Source: Toensbergia leucococca (lineage: Eukaryota). From it: 48,276 bases of DNA. Below the pieces are notes generated by a model. That model saw only the letters and a list, made by a program, of their open reading frames with translations. It was not told the origin of the DNA and did not search any database. This document shows positions 22,176 through 34,725 of this stretch, piece by piece. Numbering within the stretch: the stretch's first letter is position 1; each line of letters starts with the position of its first letter. Position numbers and translations under genes: made by a program. The stretch is from positions 248,001-296,276 of the forward strand of contig JALDZS010000005.1 of assembly GCA_022813965.1 (NCBI GenBank), read 5' to 3'.

Positions 22176-24951
22176 CTACCATGTACCCAATGCTTCTCCA
22201 ACCCAATCCATCTGCACAGCACTTACTCCCCTAGCGTAGCTGCGATTGGTGAACACATACTCGTTGTACATGATAGCCTCAACTTTCTTCCCAAAGAGCA
22301 CGCTCGAAGGATGTATAGCCACGGTCTGATTGCCTACCATTGTCTTGTAGCTGCCGTCGGGAAAGAGGCGTGCAGTGTTAGTTGCGAAGCCTTTCAACAA
22401 GCACTTCAGCACTGACACTGCTAGCTCTACCGTCACCATTGAGGTTTCTTGCTCAAGAGGAGCTTTGAGTAAGTTCAGCTGCTGGCACTGGGTTCGAAGT
22501 TGCTTGCGGATATCCTATCAAAATCAGCTGAAGACAGCATCCAGGCTTGGTGATCACGTACCATTACAGCTTGCATCGTTCTGTGAGAGACAAAATACCT
22601 TTCTGCCCATGCTTTCCTGTCCGCATGCTCCGCCGCGTATGCCTGAACTGTTACCAGTAGTGTCATGTGATCGCCCTCTCTTCGGTAGAGTTCGCGCCGG
22701 GAGACTTCGGCTTCCTCCCTCTTCTCATCAGATGTTAGATTCAGAAAGACGTTCTCCACGCTCAAACATGAAATGATGTCAATGACACACACGAGACAAT
22801 TGGCTTCGGGCTGTGCTGCAGCTAATAGCGCTCTACCTAAGCAGACAGAAAGGGGTAATTTAGCGATCTGAAGGCCAACATCACTTATCTCCCCCGAATC
22901 TGTCAGGGCTTTGAGTTGGAAAAGCTGCATCAGTGCCCTTTCCAAAGCGTCTCGAGGGGGTAAGTCGAGAAAGGGAAAGCTGAAAATATCAGTAACGCCT
23001 CGAGCTTTCATTGTTAAGATCGCCTGGCTGAGATCACAGCGAAGAATTTCAGGAGTATTTGATGGTTGCAAGACAAGGTAATCTTGCTCGGTATAAAGTC
23101 TATAACATTGACCTGGGCCTTCTCGTCCTGCGCGTCCTTTTCGCTGTATCGCCGCAGACTTAGAAATAGGTTTGACAAGTAACGAATCGAGGCCTAGTCG
23201 AGTACGATATTGCTTTGTTTTTGCTTTCCCACAATCGACAACAAATCGAACACCGGAGACTGTAACGGATGTCTCTGCGATGTTTGTAGCTAATATGATT
23301 TTCCTAGTTTTGAAAGGAGCGCGTTGGAACACTCGTTGTTGTGCAGCTTGTGGTAAGGCTGCAAACAATGGTTGCACGAGGAGCTTTGGAACATCCGGAC
23401 CCATTCCAAGAGCGTAGTCATTTACAAGCTTTTCCAGGGACTCGACGGTCTCTTGCCCTGTTAAAAAGACGAGGATGTCGCCTGGCATGGGCTCCTTGTA
23501 GTGTATCTGGAAGATGGTGCGGAGAGCAGCATCAACAAAATCTTGCACAGGTTCCGGCGAATATATTATCTGCACAGGATACTGACGTCCTTCTATATAG
23601 CAAGACGCTATATTGGGCGAACCAGGCTCTGTTGTGTGCTCACTGCTCCGGTCAACATCAATTGATTCGCTGGTTTTCCTTCTATTCCTGCTTTCTTGAA
23701 TTTGCTCATCGCACTTTCGATGCCCTCGGTTCGGTCCATCACGACACCAAGAGATGGACTGGCCGTCGATGGATCCGGCCGTGTATTTGCCAGCTTCTGC
23801 TGTATCGTCATCAGATGATATCCCTGACCATTCGGATTCGTCAGAAAATTGGGAAACCTTTGGGTCACTTGATGAATGTCTACTGCTATCTGGTTGAACA
23901 ATTCCACTTTGAATTGAGCACTCACGACTTCTGTTGAAGAACTTGAAAAGACCTTCCATGTCGGCAGTCGCGCTCATTACTGCTACCTTTAGTGGTATTC
24001 CACCCCTACCTTCATTCTTCCCTTCTACCATAGATCTCAAAAACCCCATGACCAGGTCAACATTGACACCTCTTTCGTGAATCTCGTCGACTACGATAGC
24101 GCTATACTGCCGTAGCCAGGGATCACGTAGCATCTCCTGAAGAAGCATGCCTTCAGTCAAAAACTTAATTCGCGTACTCGCCGAGGTGGAATTATCAAAT
24201 CGAACAGAGTATCCCACCTTGCTAGCTGGCGAGGAAGAGCCAAGAGGAGTACCAAGCTCTTCGGCCACTCTTCTTGCAAGTGAGATAGCGGCAACTCTTC
24301 TCGGTTCCGTGATAGCAATGCAGCCCCCAACACTCACCGTCTTAGTAGTCCCATTCAATGTTGCTTGGACGCATTGGCACTTACACCAAGGCTCATCCAT
24401 GAGGAACTGCGGTACTTGAGTGCTCTTGCCGCTTCCTGTCTCGCCCACAAGTAGCATGACATCTTTGTCCCGTAAACCCCCGCGAATGTCCGCAGCGTGT
24501 GACCAGATTGGTAGGGTCTTGCGGACTTCATATAAGGCTCTAGCCTTTTCTTTGAGCTTTCCATGATGAACAGATTTCTCCGTACCTCCAGTCGGTTTCA
24601 TGAGCTTGCTATGCCGCTCGAGACTTTCCTTGGTCATGTTAGACAGCGAGCTATTTGCTGTACCTCGGGTTTTAATTTGGTTGGCTGCGCTATCGTGGGG
24701 GCGATGCACATGCCCAGGACATTAGAACTTCGTTGATGTTCTGGACTTGTAAATTGGGCCTCTTGAGATTGGGGATTTGAGTTTATGGCTAATGACTTTT
24801 GACGGTGAAGCCGATCAATTGTAATACACGGAGCTTTCGCTTCAAACCGAGAGCAAACCCTTTTAGGGCTCTTGGGCTCTAACGGCACATTTGCAGGAAG
24901 TCTAGGTGGCACAACTTCATGGTCAAAGCGATGGTGAGATCTTTCAGCCAT
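22176..24951 (-). CDS. dhr2: DEAH-box RNA helicase, Dhr2/Prh1 (DHX33)-like
   Basis: [44 protein letters not shown]2 region, final exon with IHPSSVLF after an intron at ~22515-22560. 5' end uncertain (see findings). Confidence 0.9.
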
Positions 24952-25529
24952 GGGAAGCTACTGATGAAGTATATTCCGATGGCGCAGTGAATTGATTCTG
25001 CTTTTTATGTGCAGATTTTATCCTCCTTCAATTCTGGCAAATACCCCATACGGGCGAACCTCCCACGAGCGCCGACTTCACTTATATTTGTGCCTGTCCG
25101 CTGTCCTGAACATGGAGAAAACTGCCCATTGATTATTTGGAGTTCCTCAAGTTCGAGCGGGCTTATGAAAGATTGTAATCACGCCCCGCACGGCAGTCGG
25201 CAATGACATAGGTAGTTCTAGTGCCTCGTCGCTCATTATCAATTTCCAATCCACTTGGTCTATTACCTGATTCGGCACTACAAGAGATCGCCATGTGCTC
25301 CCAAAGCTTTGTATTCGTCTATTCCTATTCTCTGCCCTCTGTTGCTTCAGTGTATACTCTTATTCAAGAAGCCTGTTCCAAATCATTTCACCGCTGTGGA
25401 GTCTCTTTTCCAACCCCTGCGGAAAGTCTAATCGCCCTATCTGTCGATATTACATCCAAAACGGAAGGCCGTCACTTAACAGCCATTGCGAGTACCCGAA
25501 CATTAGTACGGGCACGCTGATCGAGATCA

Positions 25530-27700
25530 ATGGCTACGAAACATTCAGGCTCGACATTGGCTGAACCCGACTCACAACCAGAAGCCAAGAACTCTGTTCC
25601 TGAGGATCCGAGGCAACTCGAAGAAGAAGCAGGAGACAAGGGTATTAAGAGAAGCTTCTCACCAATTGAAAGTCGCGCATCTTCGAATAGGGTATTGAGC
25701 CGTTCCGGTACAACGAGGCAAACAAGTTCTTTGCATACTACTCGGTCCTATGGCGATGGACACGGCTACACATGCTTTATTGATGAGGAGCAGCACGATC
25801 CAGAGAAGCCCGAGGATGATAGCCAGAGCTCCGAGAGGCACTTCGAAGTAGGTTGGGCAGAGAGCGACCCAATGGACCCAAGGGGCTTAAGCACAGCTCG
25901 GAAATGGTTGATCGTCCTGATTTTAGCCATGAGCTCATGCTGCGTGTTTGTGTCCTCCATCCTTCTATTCGGCTCATACTGATAATCAACAGGACTTGCA
26001 CATCATCCCTGTATACGTCGACTTATGGTCAGATCACCAAGGAGTTCCAATGTTCCCAGATCGTTGCTACTCTAGGATTATCTTTATTTGTCATGGGCCT
26101 AGGAATTGGTCCCATGATGCTTTCGCCCTTGTCAGAGGTCAGTCAGTCAATCATAGTCTTGCTTGCAGTATCACTGACTTCTTAGTTCTTTGGGAGGCGA
26201 CCTATCTACATCATATCTTTTGCATTCTTCCTCATCTGGATTATACCTTGCGCAGTAGCGAAAAACATTCAAACAATGCTTGTTGCGAGGCTAGTGCCCA
26301 TTTAAACTCTCCGACCTTTCTTTGAGCGCTAAGACCTGACTGTTTGGAATTAGGTTCATTGACGGATATGCCGGGTCGGCGTTTTTAAGCGTTGCTGGCG
26401 GCACTGTAGGGGATTTGTTTGCTCGTCATGAGCTACAAGCTCCTATGTTGATCTTCACTGCAAGCCCTTTCCTAGGACCTGCAATAGGGCCAGTCATGGG
26501 AGGTTTCATCAATCAATACGCGTCTTGGTAAGACTTTCTTTCTCTATCTACAATAGACATTGCTGTTATCTTGGAGTGCTAACGGAGCAGGCGCTGGTCA
26601 TTCTATGTTCTCTTGATTTGGTCAGGTGCTATGCTTGGGCTTATCATTGTTTTTGTTCCCGAGACATATCATCCGGTCTTACTTCGGAACAAGGCTCAGG
26701 GATTGAGAAAGGAAAGTGGAAACGATGCGTGGCATGCGCCCATTGAGAAATTAGATCGATCGATTTTACAGACAATTATTCGGTCGATATACCGCCCGTT
26801 TCTGGTGCTAGCGTTGGAACCGATGTGCTTAAACTTATGCATCTTATCAGCCATCTTGCTTGGTGTCCTATACCTGTTCTTTGGCGCGTTTGAATTGGTC
26901 TTTGCCAACAACCATGGATTCGAATTGTGGCAGACTGGGCTGACATTTTTGGGCATCATGGTGGGTATGCTCATTGGCATTCTGACAGATCCATTATGGC
27001 ATAAGAATTACGTGCGACTCGTTGAGAAACGGGAGCGGAACGGTGGCGAGGCTGGAGGCTCTGAGCCGGAGTACCGTCTCCCTCCTGCAATTGCAGGGGC
27101 TATTCTTGTCCCTATTGGGTTGTTCTGGTAAGGCTTACGCCTGGCATGAGTCGAATGGCTGTTCACGATCGGCAGGTTTGGGTGGACGACTTTCCCATGG
27201 GTGCATTGGATATTACCAATCATTGGCAGTGGAATTTTTGGAATGGGGTTGGTTCCTGTTCCCGTTATTTTGCTACGCAGCATGATGACGCTTTTACTGA
27301 CATTCGGTCAGCATGTTACTGGTCTTCTCTGGAGTTTTTACCTTTCTTGTGGATGCATATCCTCTATATGCTGCCAGTGCACTAGCGGCCAATAGCTTTG
27401 CTCGAAGCAGCTTTGCCGCAGCCTTTCCACTGTTCGGCGATCAGAGTAGGTGGCAGCCAATGGGATTTTTGCAATGCAGGCGATCTGACTGGCATGCACA
27501 GTGTACAAGAAACTTGGCTACCAGTGGGCGACGACGCTTCTGGCATTTTTAACCGTAGCAATGGCGCCGTTTCCGTAAGTTGTGCATGCACGAGCGTGGC
27601 TTTTAGCCAGATGGTGGAGACTAATGACGGCTCCAGGTACATATTTTTCAGGTACGGGCAGCGCATTCGAGGCGGTAGTCGGTTCGCAACAGGCAAGTAA
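25530..27700 (+). CDS. MFS drug:H+ antiporter (DHA1 family); about 8 introns
   Basis: WAESDPMDPR..RKW, GPMMLSPLSE|FFGRRPIY, GGTVGDLF, VPETYHPVLL, EPEYRL, DAYPLYAASALAA, ends YGQRIRGGSRFATGK*. Confidence 0.95.
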
Positions 27701-28819
27701 GGCGTTGTAGGCAGGTACCTGTAGGTAAGTCATAGGCAGTCGATGTAGATATTAGAAAGTCTGGACAATAAAGCAGCGCGTGCATGAAGCATGTCTTAAA
27801 CCTTCAGTCTCGTTTGGGAGATCTGGGCCCTGGGCCATGCTGAAAAATGCCCCTCGAATGCGCACCTCGTCATCGCCCACTACGCCATCCTATCCCCGCC
27901 CCTGCCCGACCCCCATCGCCATTCCCCAATGCCTCGATGGTCCGGTTGAGGGAACACAGGACTGAGACAGCTGTCAGAAAAACGTGGATCTGTACCATGT
28001 GCTACACAGCAAAACACAATCAACACAAAGCCTAGTGCTGGCTTAGCGCTGGCCGAGAGGTGGGGCCAGCATTGACTATCCAGACTAGCAGAGTAGGCAC
28101 TCTGCACTCTAAGCTGAAGGGCAGGACAAAGACTTCCTCGTTATTGCATCAGTGGTCAAGGGACTCACTAGAGGGCAGAGAGCAGAAATAGCCAACTTAC
28201 ATGTACAAGAACCAGGTTAGCAGCTTCGACTCTACCACCACCTCCACCTCCACCACCACCTTCGACGACCGACCACCCTTAGAATACCCGATGAATGCCC
28301 ATATCCTTTTTCAGCCTTCCCTACCCAGCTCCCGACAGAGTGGTGCAGCTCAACCCCAGGCGATGTGACACCAATGCCAGCCAATCGTCGACCAGCATAA
28401 TTCTATTCTCCACTCCATATGCACGTAATTGCTGTGGCTGCTGAGTTTCCAGGTGATGAGAGACTGCCGATACGAGAAGCTCAAGCGAGCCCGCTCTGTA
28501 AACCATATGATCCACACTTAGTGGCCCTCGTTGACTCGTTTCACTGCCTTGGATTCGAAACCTGCCCAGACGCGTGCTTCATAGTAGCCAGCAGCGAAGG
28601 TAGACTGCCTCGGGTCCGCTCTGTGGGGACCGCACCGTGCTTTGTATTGGACAGCGCTGCTGCCACTTTTGCCGTGCTTGGCTCCGTTGAGGCTTTGGAG
28701 AGGGGCATTGGGTCAATATCAACGGATATCCGCAGCATAGAAACGTGGGTGGCTCGCCCGCGGCATCCTGACGGATACGGACTGGTGATCCCTCGAGTAC
28801 CGCTCTATTGCCATATAAC

Positions 28820-31138
28820 ATGACCTCGGACGCCGCCGACGACGATGGAGCTTCTCGATCGCAATCCTTTGACGACGGCCAAGATCAAGAACAAGACCCC
28901 GCTGACATGGCTGAGTATCCCGAGTACGACGGAAAAGCCGGAGCCCAGCGGCAGGTGAGCACCGGGCAACACAAGACCGCCTCCAACACAAAAGATCCAT
29001 TGAGACCTCGGAGAAAAAAAGCGAGGCGGGCCTGCTTTGCTTGCCAACGTGCACATCTGACTTGTGGTAAGTAAATTTTATCTCGTTGAATGTGCATCAA
29101 AGCGTTTTTCTAGTCTCCTCAATTTGCTGAGGCATTTTAATCAGGCGATGAGCGTCCTTGTCAGCGGTGTATCAAGCGTGGCCTTCAGGACGCCTGCCAT
29201 GATGGGGTGAGGAAAAAGGCCAAGTATCTGCATGACGCTCCGAATGAGGCTTTGGTGCCAGGTCCTGGGATTGCGGGTAGTCACTATCAATATGTCAATA
29301 ATATAGCACGCGGCCAGCAGCTACCACCAGAGACAGGCTTCCTCGGTCCATCACCGAACGATGTCTTTGCCCAACGACAAGCACCTTCGTCGGTCTTTCC
29401 GATGTTTTCTCCGAATGGATCGCAAAGTCAAATGCAGCCAACGTTGCCCGACAACATGCTAAATCCCCAATTTGGCGGCCAGCAGCAACCGATTCCCCAG
29501 CAGTATCCTACTGCATCTGGTCAGCAAACATCACCAATGCAAAGTCTGGCAGGTGCTGTGCAACAGACTTCGCCACCTAATCCGAGCGCATCGCACAGTA
29601 CGTTTGGCGGCAATTTATTTGATCCTCACGACCTGACACAGTACAACTTCGATCCTGCGAGTTTCAACTTTGGCAACCACTATGGAGCCTTGGAGTTTGG
29701 AATACTCGGCCACATGTCCTCTGGTGCGGCAGAGACGCCTCCGAGTGATCAAACTGGGCAGCACAGTCAAAGCAACGGCGCCAGCTATGCGACGCCAGGT
29801 ACAATCAACTCTGGCTACAGTGATAGCCCTGTGAACACGCAATCATATCTATTTCCGCCGACTCAAGGTGCTGGTGACTGGCGCAACGATACTCAACCTA
29901 ATGCTAGACAAAGCGGATCCAACGCCTATAACGTTGGTGGACAATCTCAGGATCCTTCCGCTGGTATACTGCGCCAAGAAGCTCCTCCTGCATTTGCAAT
30001 TGGAGCTGGATCGAGCAGCATCACTAGTCCCAGCTCCATTCCAAGCCCACAGGGCATGATGCCTGGCTTCGATGACAGTCCGTCAATGACTACAACGTAT
30101 CCGACCAATGCTTCTCATCCGGGCACGCAAGACCGCTCTGCCCAGCAAAGACCCGTTGGACAAACACGATCGACAATCTCATCGCCAGACTTGAAAGCTC
30201 AATCAAGGCCGACTCACCGGCCACGAGATCCTTCAACCATTTATGACAGCGTGAAGGAGCCTTATTCGTACACAAATGGTTTTCATATCCTGACGGCCTA
30301 TCTACAAAGGAGACTTCCTCCACAGAAGAGGCTTCGTGTAGCGATAGCAATTGCGTCCATCCGGCCGTCTTTCATTTCTTGTACGAAAACATTGAGCCGT
30401 AAGGACCTTATTTTCATGGAGCAATCCTTCCAGCGGACGCTGTGGGAATACGAAGACTTTATCAACGCATGTGGCACACCTACTATTGTGTGCCGGCGAT
30501 CTGGAGAAGTAGCTGCCGTCGGCAAGGAGTTCAGCATCCTCACAGGCTGGAAGAAAGATGTCCTCCTAGGCAAAGAAGCAAATCTCAACATCAACACTGG
30601 TGGAAGCTCTGGTACACCAAGCACAGGTACCTCGTCGAGAGGAGGCCTCAACACTCCCCGCAAGCCTGAAGGCGTCAGGAATGAACTCCTCGACAATTCT
30701 AGGCCCCAACCCGTCTTCCTAGCCGAACTCTTCGATGATGATAGCGCAATCGAGTTTTACGAGGACTTTGCTCGATTAGCCTTTGGAGATTCGAGAGGTA
30801 GTGTCACTACCCGTTGTAAGTTGCTCAAGTACAAGACAAAGGATGACCCGCCCTTTTCTGCTCAAGACGAAGACCGTCTGGATAACGACTCTGGATCGCG
30901 CTTCAAGCAAAAGCGACCTTCAAAGGTCAACGGTAAGAACGGCATTGCTGGCGAGGCGGGAATGTACCAATTGGGCGAGAAGAATGGCAAGGTGGAATGC
31001 AGTTATTGTTGGACGGTGAAGCGGGATGTTTTCGATATACCCATGTTGATTGTCATGAACGTGAGTTTCTCCGCCTCGTTCTAAATTCCCTCAATCTGGC
31101 CGTTTACTGACGCCAGGCAGTTTCTACCTTGTATATGA
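28820..31138 (+). CDS. acuK: Zn(II)2Cys6 transcription activator of gluconeogenesis (AcuK/Ert1) with C-terminal PAS-like region
   Basis: [48 protein letters not shown]-terminal [40 protein letters not shown]. Introns 29067-29144 and 31061-31120. Confidence 0.93.
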
Positions 31139-31462
31139 TACAACACGATACCAATATCATTCATTCGGGGCTGCATAGCGTTGGGAATGGATAAGGATGG
31201 GAAGCAGGGCGTTGGTGCCTGTTGACGATAAGGGAACTTTAGGGTATGTGTTCGGAGATGGATGACTTTAGGGGATTATGGGATCTGGACCGGTAACTGG
31301 TTGGACGTTTGTGATGCTTACTAGATTCCCTTCGTTGCCTCCATATTGCTCTCTCTATCTGTGTCATGGCTTCTATTCTAATTTCAACCCTCGTAAATCC
31401 GACCTCCCTCCACGAACCCCCTCCTAATGCGACTTGAATCGCACATGCTCGCCCTTCACCTC

Positions 31463-32629
31463 CTACAATCTCTCACCCTTCGCCTCCTTCCCAACCCCAT
31501 CCACCACCACCCCATCCTTCCCCTCCGCTCCAGAAAAATCCATGAGAAACCCCTCCTCCTTCCACGGCGCATACGCCTCCCTGGCCAAACTCCGCCGCGC
31601 CACCTCGACATCTTCCCGGATGTCCTTGATCAGGGCTTCGACGCTATCGTAGTCGTACTCCGGTCGGATGAAGCCGAGGATGAGGAGGTTCATCGTTGCG
31701 GTGTAGAAGTCTGTTGGGAAGGTGTGGAGGAGGTGGACTTCCTTTTTTTTTTTTTTTTTTTTCCCCAGTTAGGCAAAGGAGGGGAGAGGGAGGGTTGGGG
31801 GGTTGGGGTGGGGGAAAGGGGGGGAGGAAGATATGGGGGTTTGGGGAAAAAAAGGGGGTGGGGGCCAAAGGGGAACTCACGACGCTGCGGACCGTGTTTT
31901 TGTAAAAGGGGTTCCAGCCTATGGACATTACCATTGGGAAGACGGTGCTGGATTGCTTCTTTTTCTGCTGCTCTTCCGTGCTCCTCCCTTCCGCGCTCTG
32001 CGGCTCTGGGGACGATAGAAATGGCGCTGCTGCTGCTGCTGCTGCTGCTGGTGGTGGGGGGGTTTCCGCTGCAGAGGAGTTTGTTTGTTCTTGGGGGGGG
32101 CGGATGATGGTGCCTTGGGTGTCGATGTTCAGGCCGGCCCAGCCGTAGTAGACGCCGCTGGCGAGGTCGGAGTGGCCGCCGATGGAGAGACCGGCGAGGG
32201 GGATGTTGGCGGTTGGGATGCCGAGCTGTGTGGTGGGGGCCTGGGTCAGCGCTTTTTCCTTTTTTTTTTTTTTTTTGGCTTTGCTTTTTTCTGATCCTAG
32301 TGCTCTGATGCTCCTTGCTCCGGCGCTCTTTTTTCATTTCTTTTGGCGGGAGGGTCTTGGAAATTCCATGCCCCTACCGCCCCGCACTCCGAAACCCCAG
32401 ATATGTTGGGATGTGATTGGTGGAGTGGGGGTGGGGGTTTTTGGCGAGGTGGATTGTACAGGGGATTGTATGGGGTTGTAAGGGAAGAGCGGTGGGGGTG
32501 GCTCACCTCTTTGCTTCCGCGGCCGAAGCCTTCGACTACGGGTCCGGAGAGGCGGATTGGGAAGGGCGGTGAGGGGCCTGTGGTGGGGCCGGCAGTGGAT
32601 GGGCGGACCCCTGGTGGTGGGTGCGGCAT
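31463..32629 (-). CDS. FMN1: Riboflavin kinase
   Basis: Exons 32629-32507, 32225-31881, 31741-31463 (all phase 0; 248 aa). [48 protein letters not shown]. Confidence 0.96.
32026..32050. repeat. (CTG/CAG)~8 microsatellite encoding a poly-Ala run in riboflavin kinase
   Basis: gctgctgctgctgctgctgctgctg within exon 2, read as GCA codons on the minus strand. Confidence 0.85.
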
Positions 32630-32973
32630 TCTGGGTAGAGAGTTGGGGAAGTTGTGGGTAGGTGATGATGTGAGCTACGGTATTGGGTTTTAGAGAGTCC
32701 CTGTGGGGGTGTGGGGGTATCGGTGGGGATGGAGTGGGGGAATTTTGGGGGAGTGGGATGTTTTTGTGGGTTTGTGGATCAACGGATCGGTGATTGAGGT
32801 TTCTTTTTGTAGGAATTTGCCCTTTATCTGTATAGGAAGAGGACTGCGCTGGGGATATGAAAGTGGCTAAGCGTGAGCCAAAGATGGTGGGGAATTTGTG
32901 CTTGATAGTGTTGGTCAAAATGAACGATGGAAGGCCATCCTTTCCTCAACCATTTAAAAATAGATCCCCAATC

Positions 32974-34333
32974 CTACTCCGCATCCAGCGGCGCCACAGG
33001 CGGCGTATCATCGACCTGAATTCCGCCTCTCTTCGCCTCCGCACTATCGTGAAACGGCAACTTCCATCCCCCCTCAGCCTCGGGAGTGGCCAGCCACAAT
33101 CGCATCAGATGCCTCCTCGGCGCCGGGGGCGCGTGGTCGGTGTACTCGGTCCGTGCGTGAAAGACATGTTCGTTGGACAAGAACTGTATGTCGCCCACTT
33201 CAAGGATCATGTGCAATGACAGGCGCTTGCAGGTTTGTTCGAGAACGTCCGCTGCTTCGAGCTGAGCAGGGAAAAGGGGCGGGATCAAGCCTTGGTCGGA
33301 GAAGCGAGTAAGAGAGCGGATAAAATCTAGTGTTTGTCAGCGCCGGATTTTAGAGGTTCAAGGAGCTTTGGAGGCGCACAAGGATCATATTTAGAGTACA
33401 CTCGTCCCTGTTCGCCAACCTCAAGGTAAAAGACGCTGGTGCGGATGTAGGGTTCTTCGCCCTGGCTGATTTCGCCTTTGCGATCAAAGTACCAGATTGG
33501 TTCAATGAGCGTTTTCAGGACATCCGGTCGCTCCTTTTTCAAAACGTTGTAGACATGGTGCGAGGAGACAATGTCGGATTCACCACCTTCCAGTGCACGC
33601 GCAACGCAAAGCAGGCCCACGATATCCGAGTCATCTGCATGGAAATATTGTCTTGAATACGTAGCCATTAGCACCTTTGTGGGAAAGACTCTCTTGAACG
33701 GTTTGCTCGGCATACCGTGCGTTTGTTCTGTAGATCCTGACTTTGTCAATTTGTGTGGCATCGTCGCCCAGATCTTTGACATGGCCCAGGACGTGGCCCC
33801 TTCCATTCTGACTGACGAAGTAGCCTAAGTATGTTCCTAGGCCCATGTACGCAATTGCAGACTTATGATTGCCCCATTGCTTGACCGGGAAGCCTTTGAA
33901 GAGAATGAAGCCCTTGCCGTTGAGTAGCTCCGAGCGGATAGACTCCAAGAATTGTGAAAGACGCGGGAGCTGGAAATTACTCTACTTCTTCGTCAGTATC
34001 AAACACTTTTCCATGCTTTTGCGGGCTGACTTTAGTTATTCCTGTCAAAGGTGTCTTGGCAGCAAGGAACCTATTGGCAGCTTCACTCATCTCTGCAATT
34101 TCATCTTCTGTGAACACATGCGTCCATCGCTCAGGATTGTGAGCGTAGTCTTCGCTTTTCCAGAGTGTAGGCGCTGTGATCTCATCCGGGAAGTCCTCGA
34201 ACGGCCTGAGCTCGTTGTACAGAGGAGCATGCTGGCCAGAGGTTTTTATACCATCAGGAAAGATTTCTTTGGAAGGAAAAGCACGAAGCTGATGGGCTGG
34301 GGTTGGGAGGGTATCTGTCAAGCCCGGCGCCAT
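32974..34333 (-). CDS. TauD/TfdA (clavaminate synthase-like) Fe(II)/2OG dioxygenase; 4 exons
   Basis: MAPGLTD start; SQNGRGHVLGHVKDLG, QYFHADDSD (HxD), GGESDIVS, GDIQFLSNEHVFHART, RHLMRLWL; exons 34333-34031, 33981-33716, 33651-~33380, ~33326-32974. Confidence 0.94.
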
Positions 34334-34725
34334 GATGAGAACGAACAATTAATTGACTTGAGTATAGGTCAACTTAGACAGGAACTTGAGAGAGAGACTT
34401 TCAATATAGTAGGGAAAAGGAAATGGGAATTCAAGGGCTTGAGCAGCATCGCACTGATTGAACTTGAATTTGACTTTGGTCTGGATTCCCTCATCACTGC
34501 GATGCCTCAAGCTAGGTATCGATAGCGGGCCACGAGAAGACTGTCTTGCAGCGCTGTGGTTGGAGCACCAAGGTCGATCAGATGTCGCCATTCTTAAGGG
34601 AGTGGGGTATTCATCTTCTCACATCCGGATAATCGTCTCGCCGCAAAGCCCTAAGACACCTGGGCCAAACTCCAAACTGGAGACGGCTATGGCCTCTCAC
34701 ATCAATTTACAGAGTATTAATGAGC

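Noticed and set aside
31427..32918. Many overlapping Lys/Pro/Gly-rich ORFs around FMN1
   Set aside because: By-products of low-complexity skewed DNA; the three-exon riboflavin kinase explains the locus.
13479..34333. Amidase, MFS transporter, Zn2Cys6 factor and TauD dioxygenase as a secondary-metabolite cluster
   Set aside because: No PKS, NRPS, terpene or RiPP core gene; genes are interleaved with housekeeping genes, and the factor is the conserved AcuK/Ert1 type.
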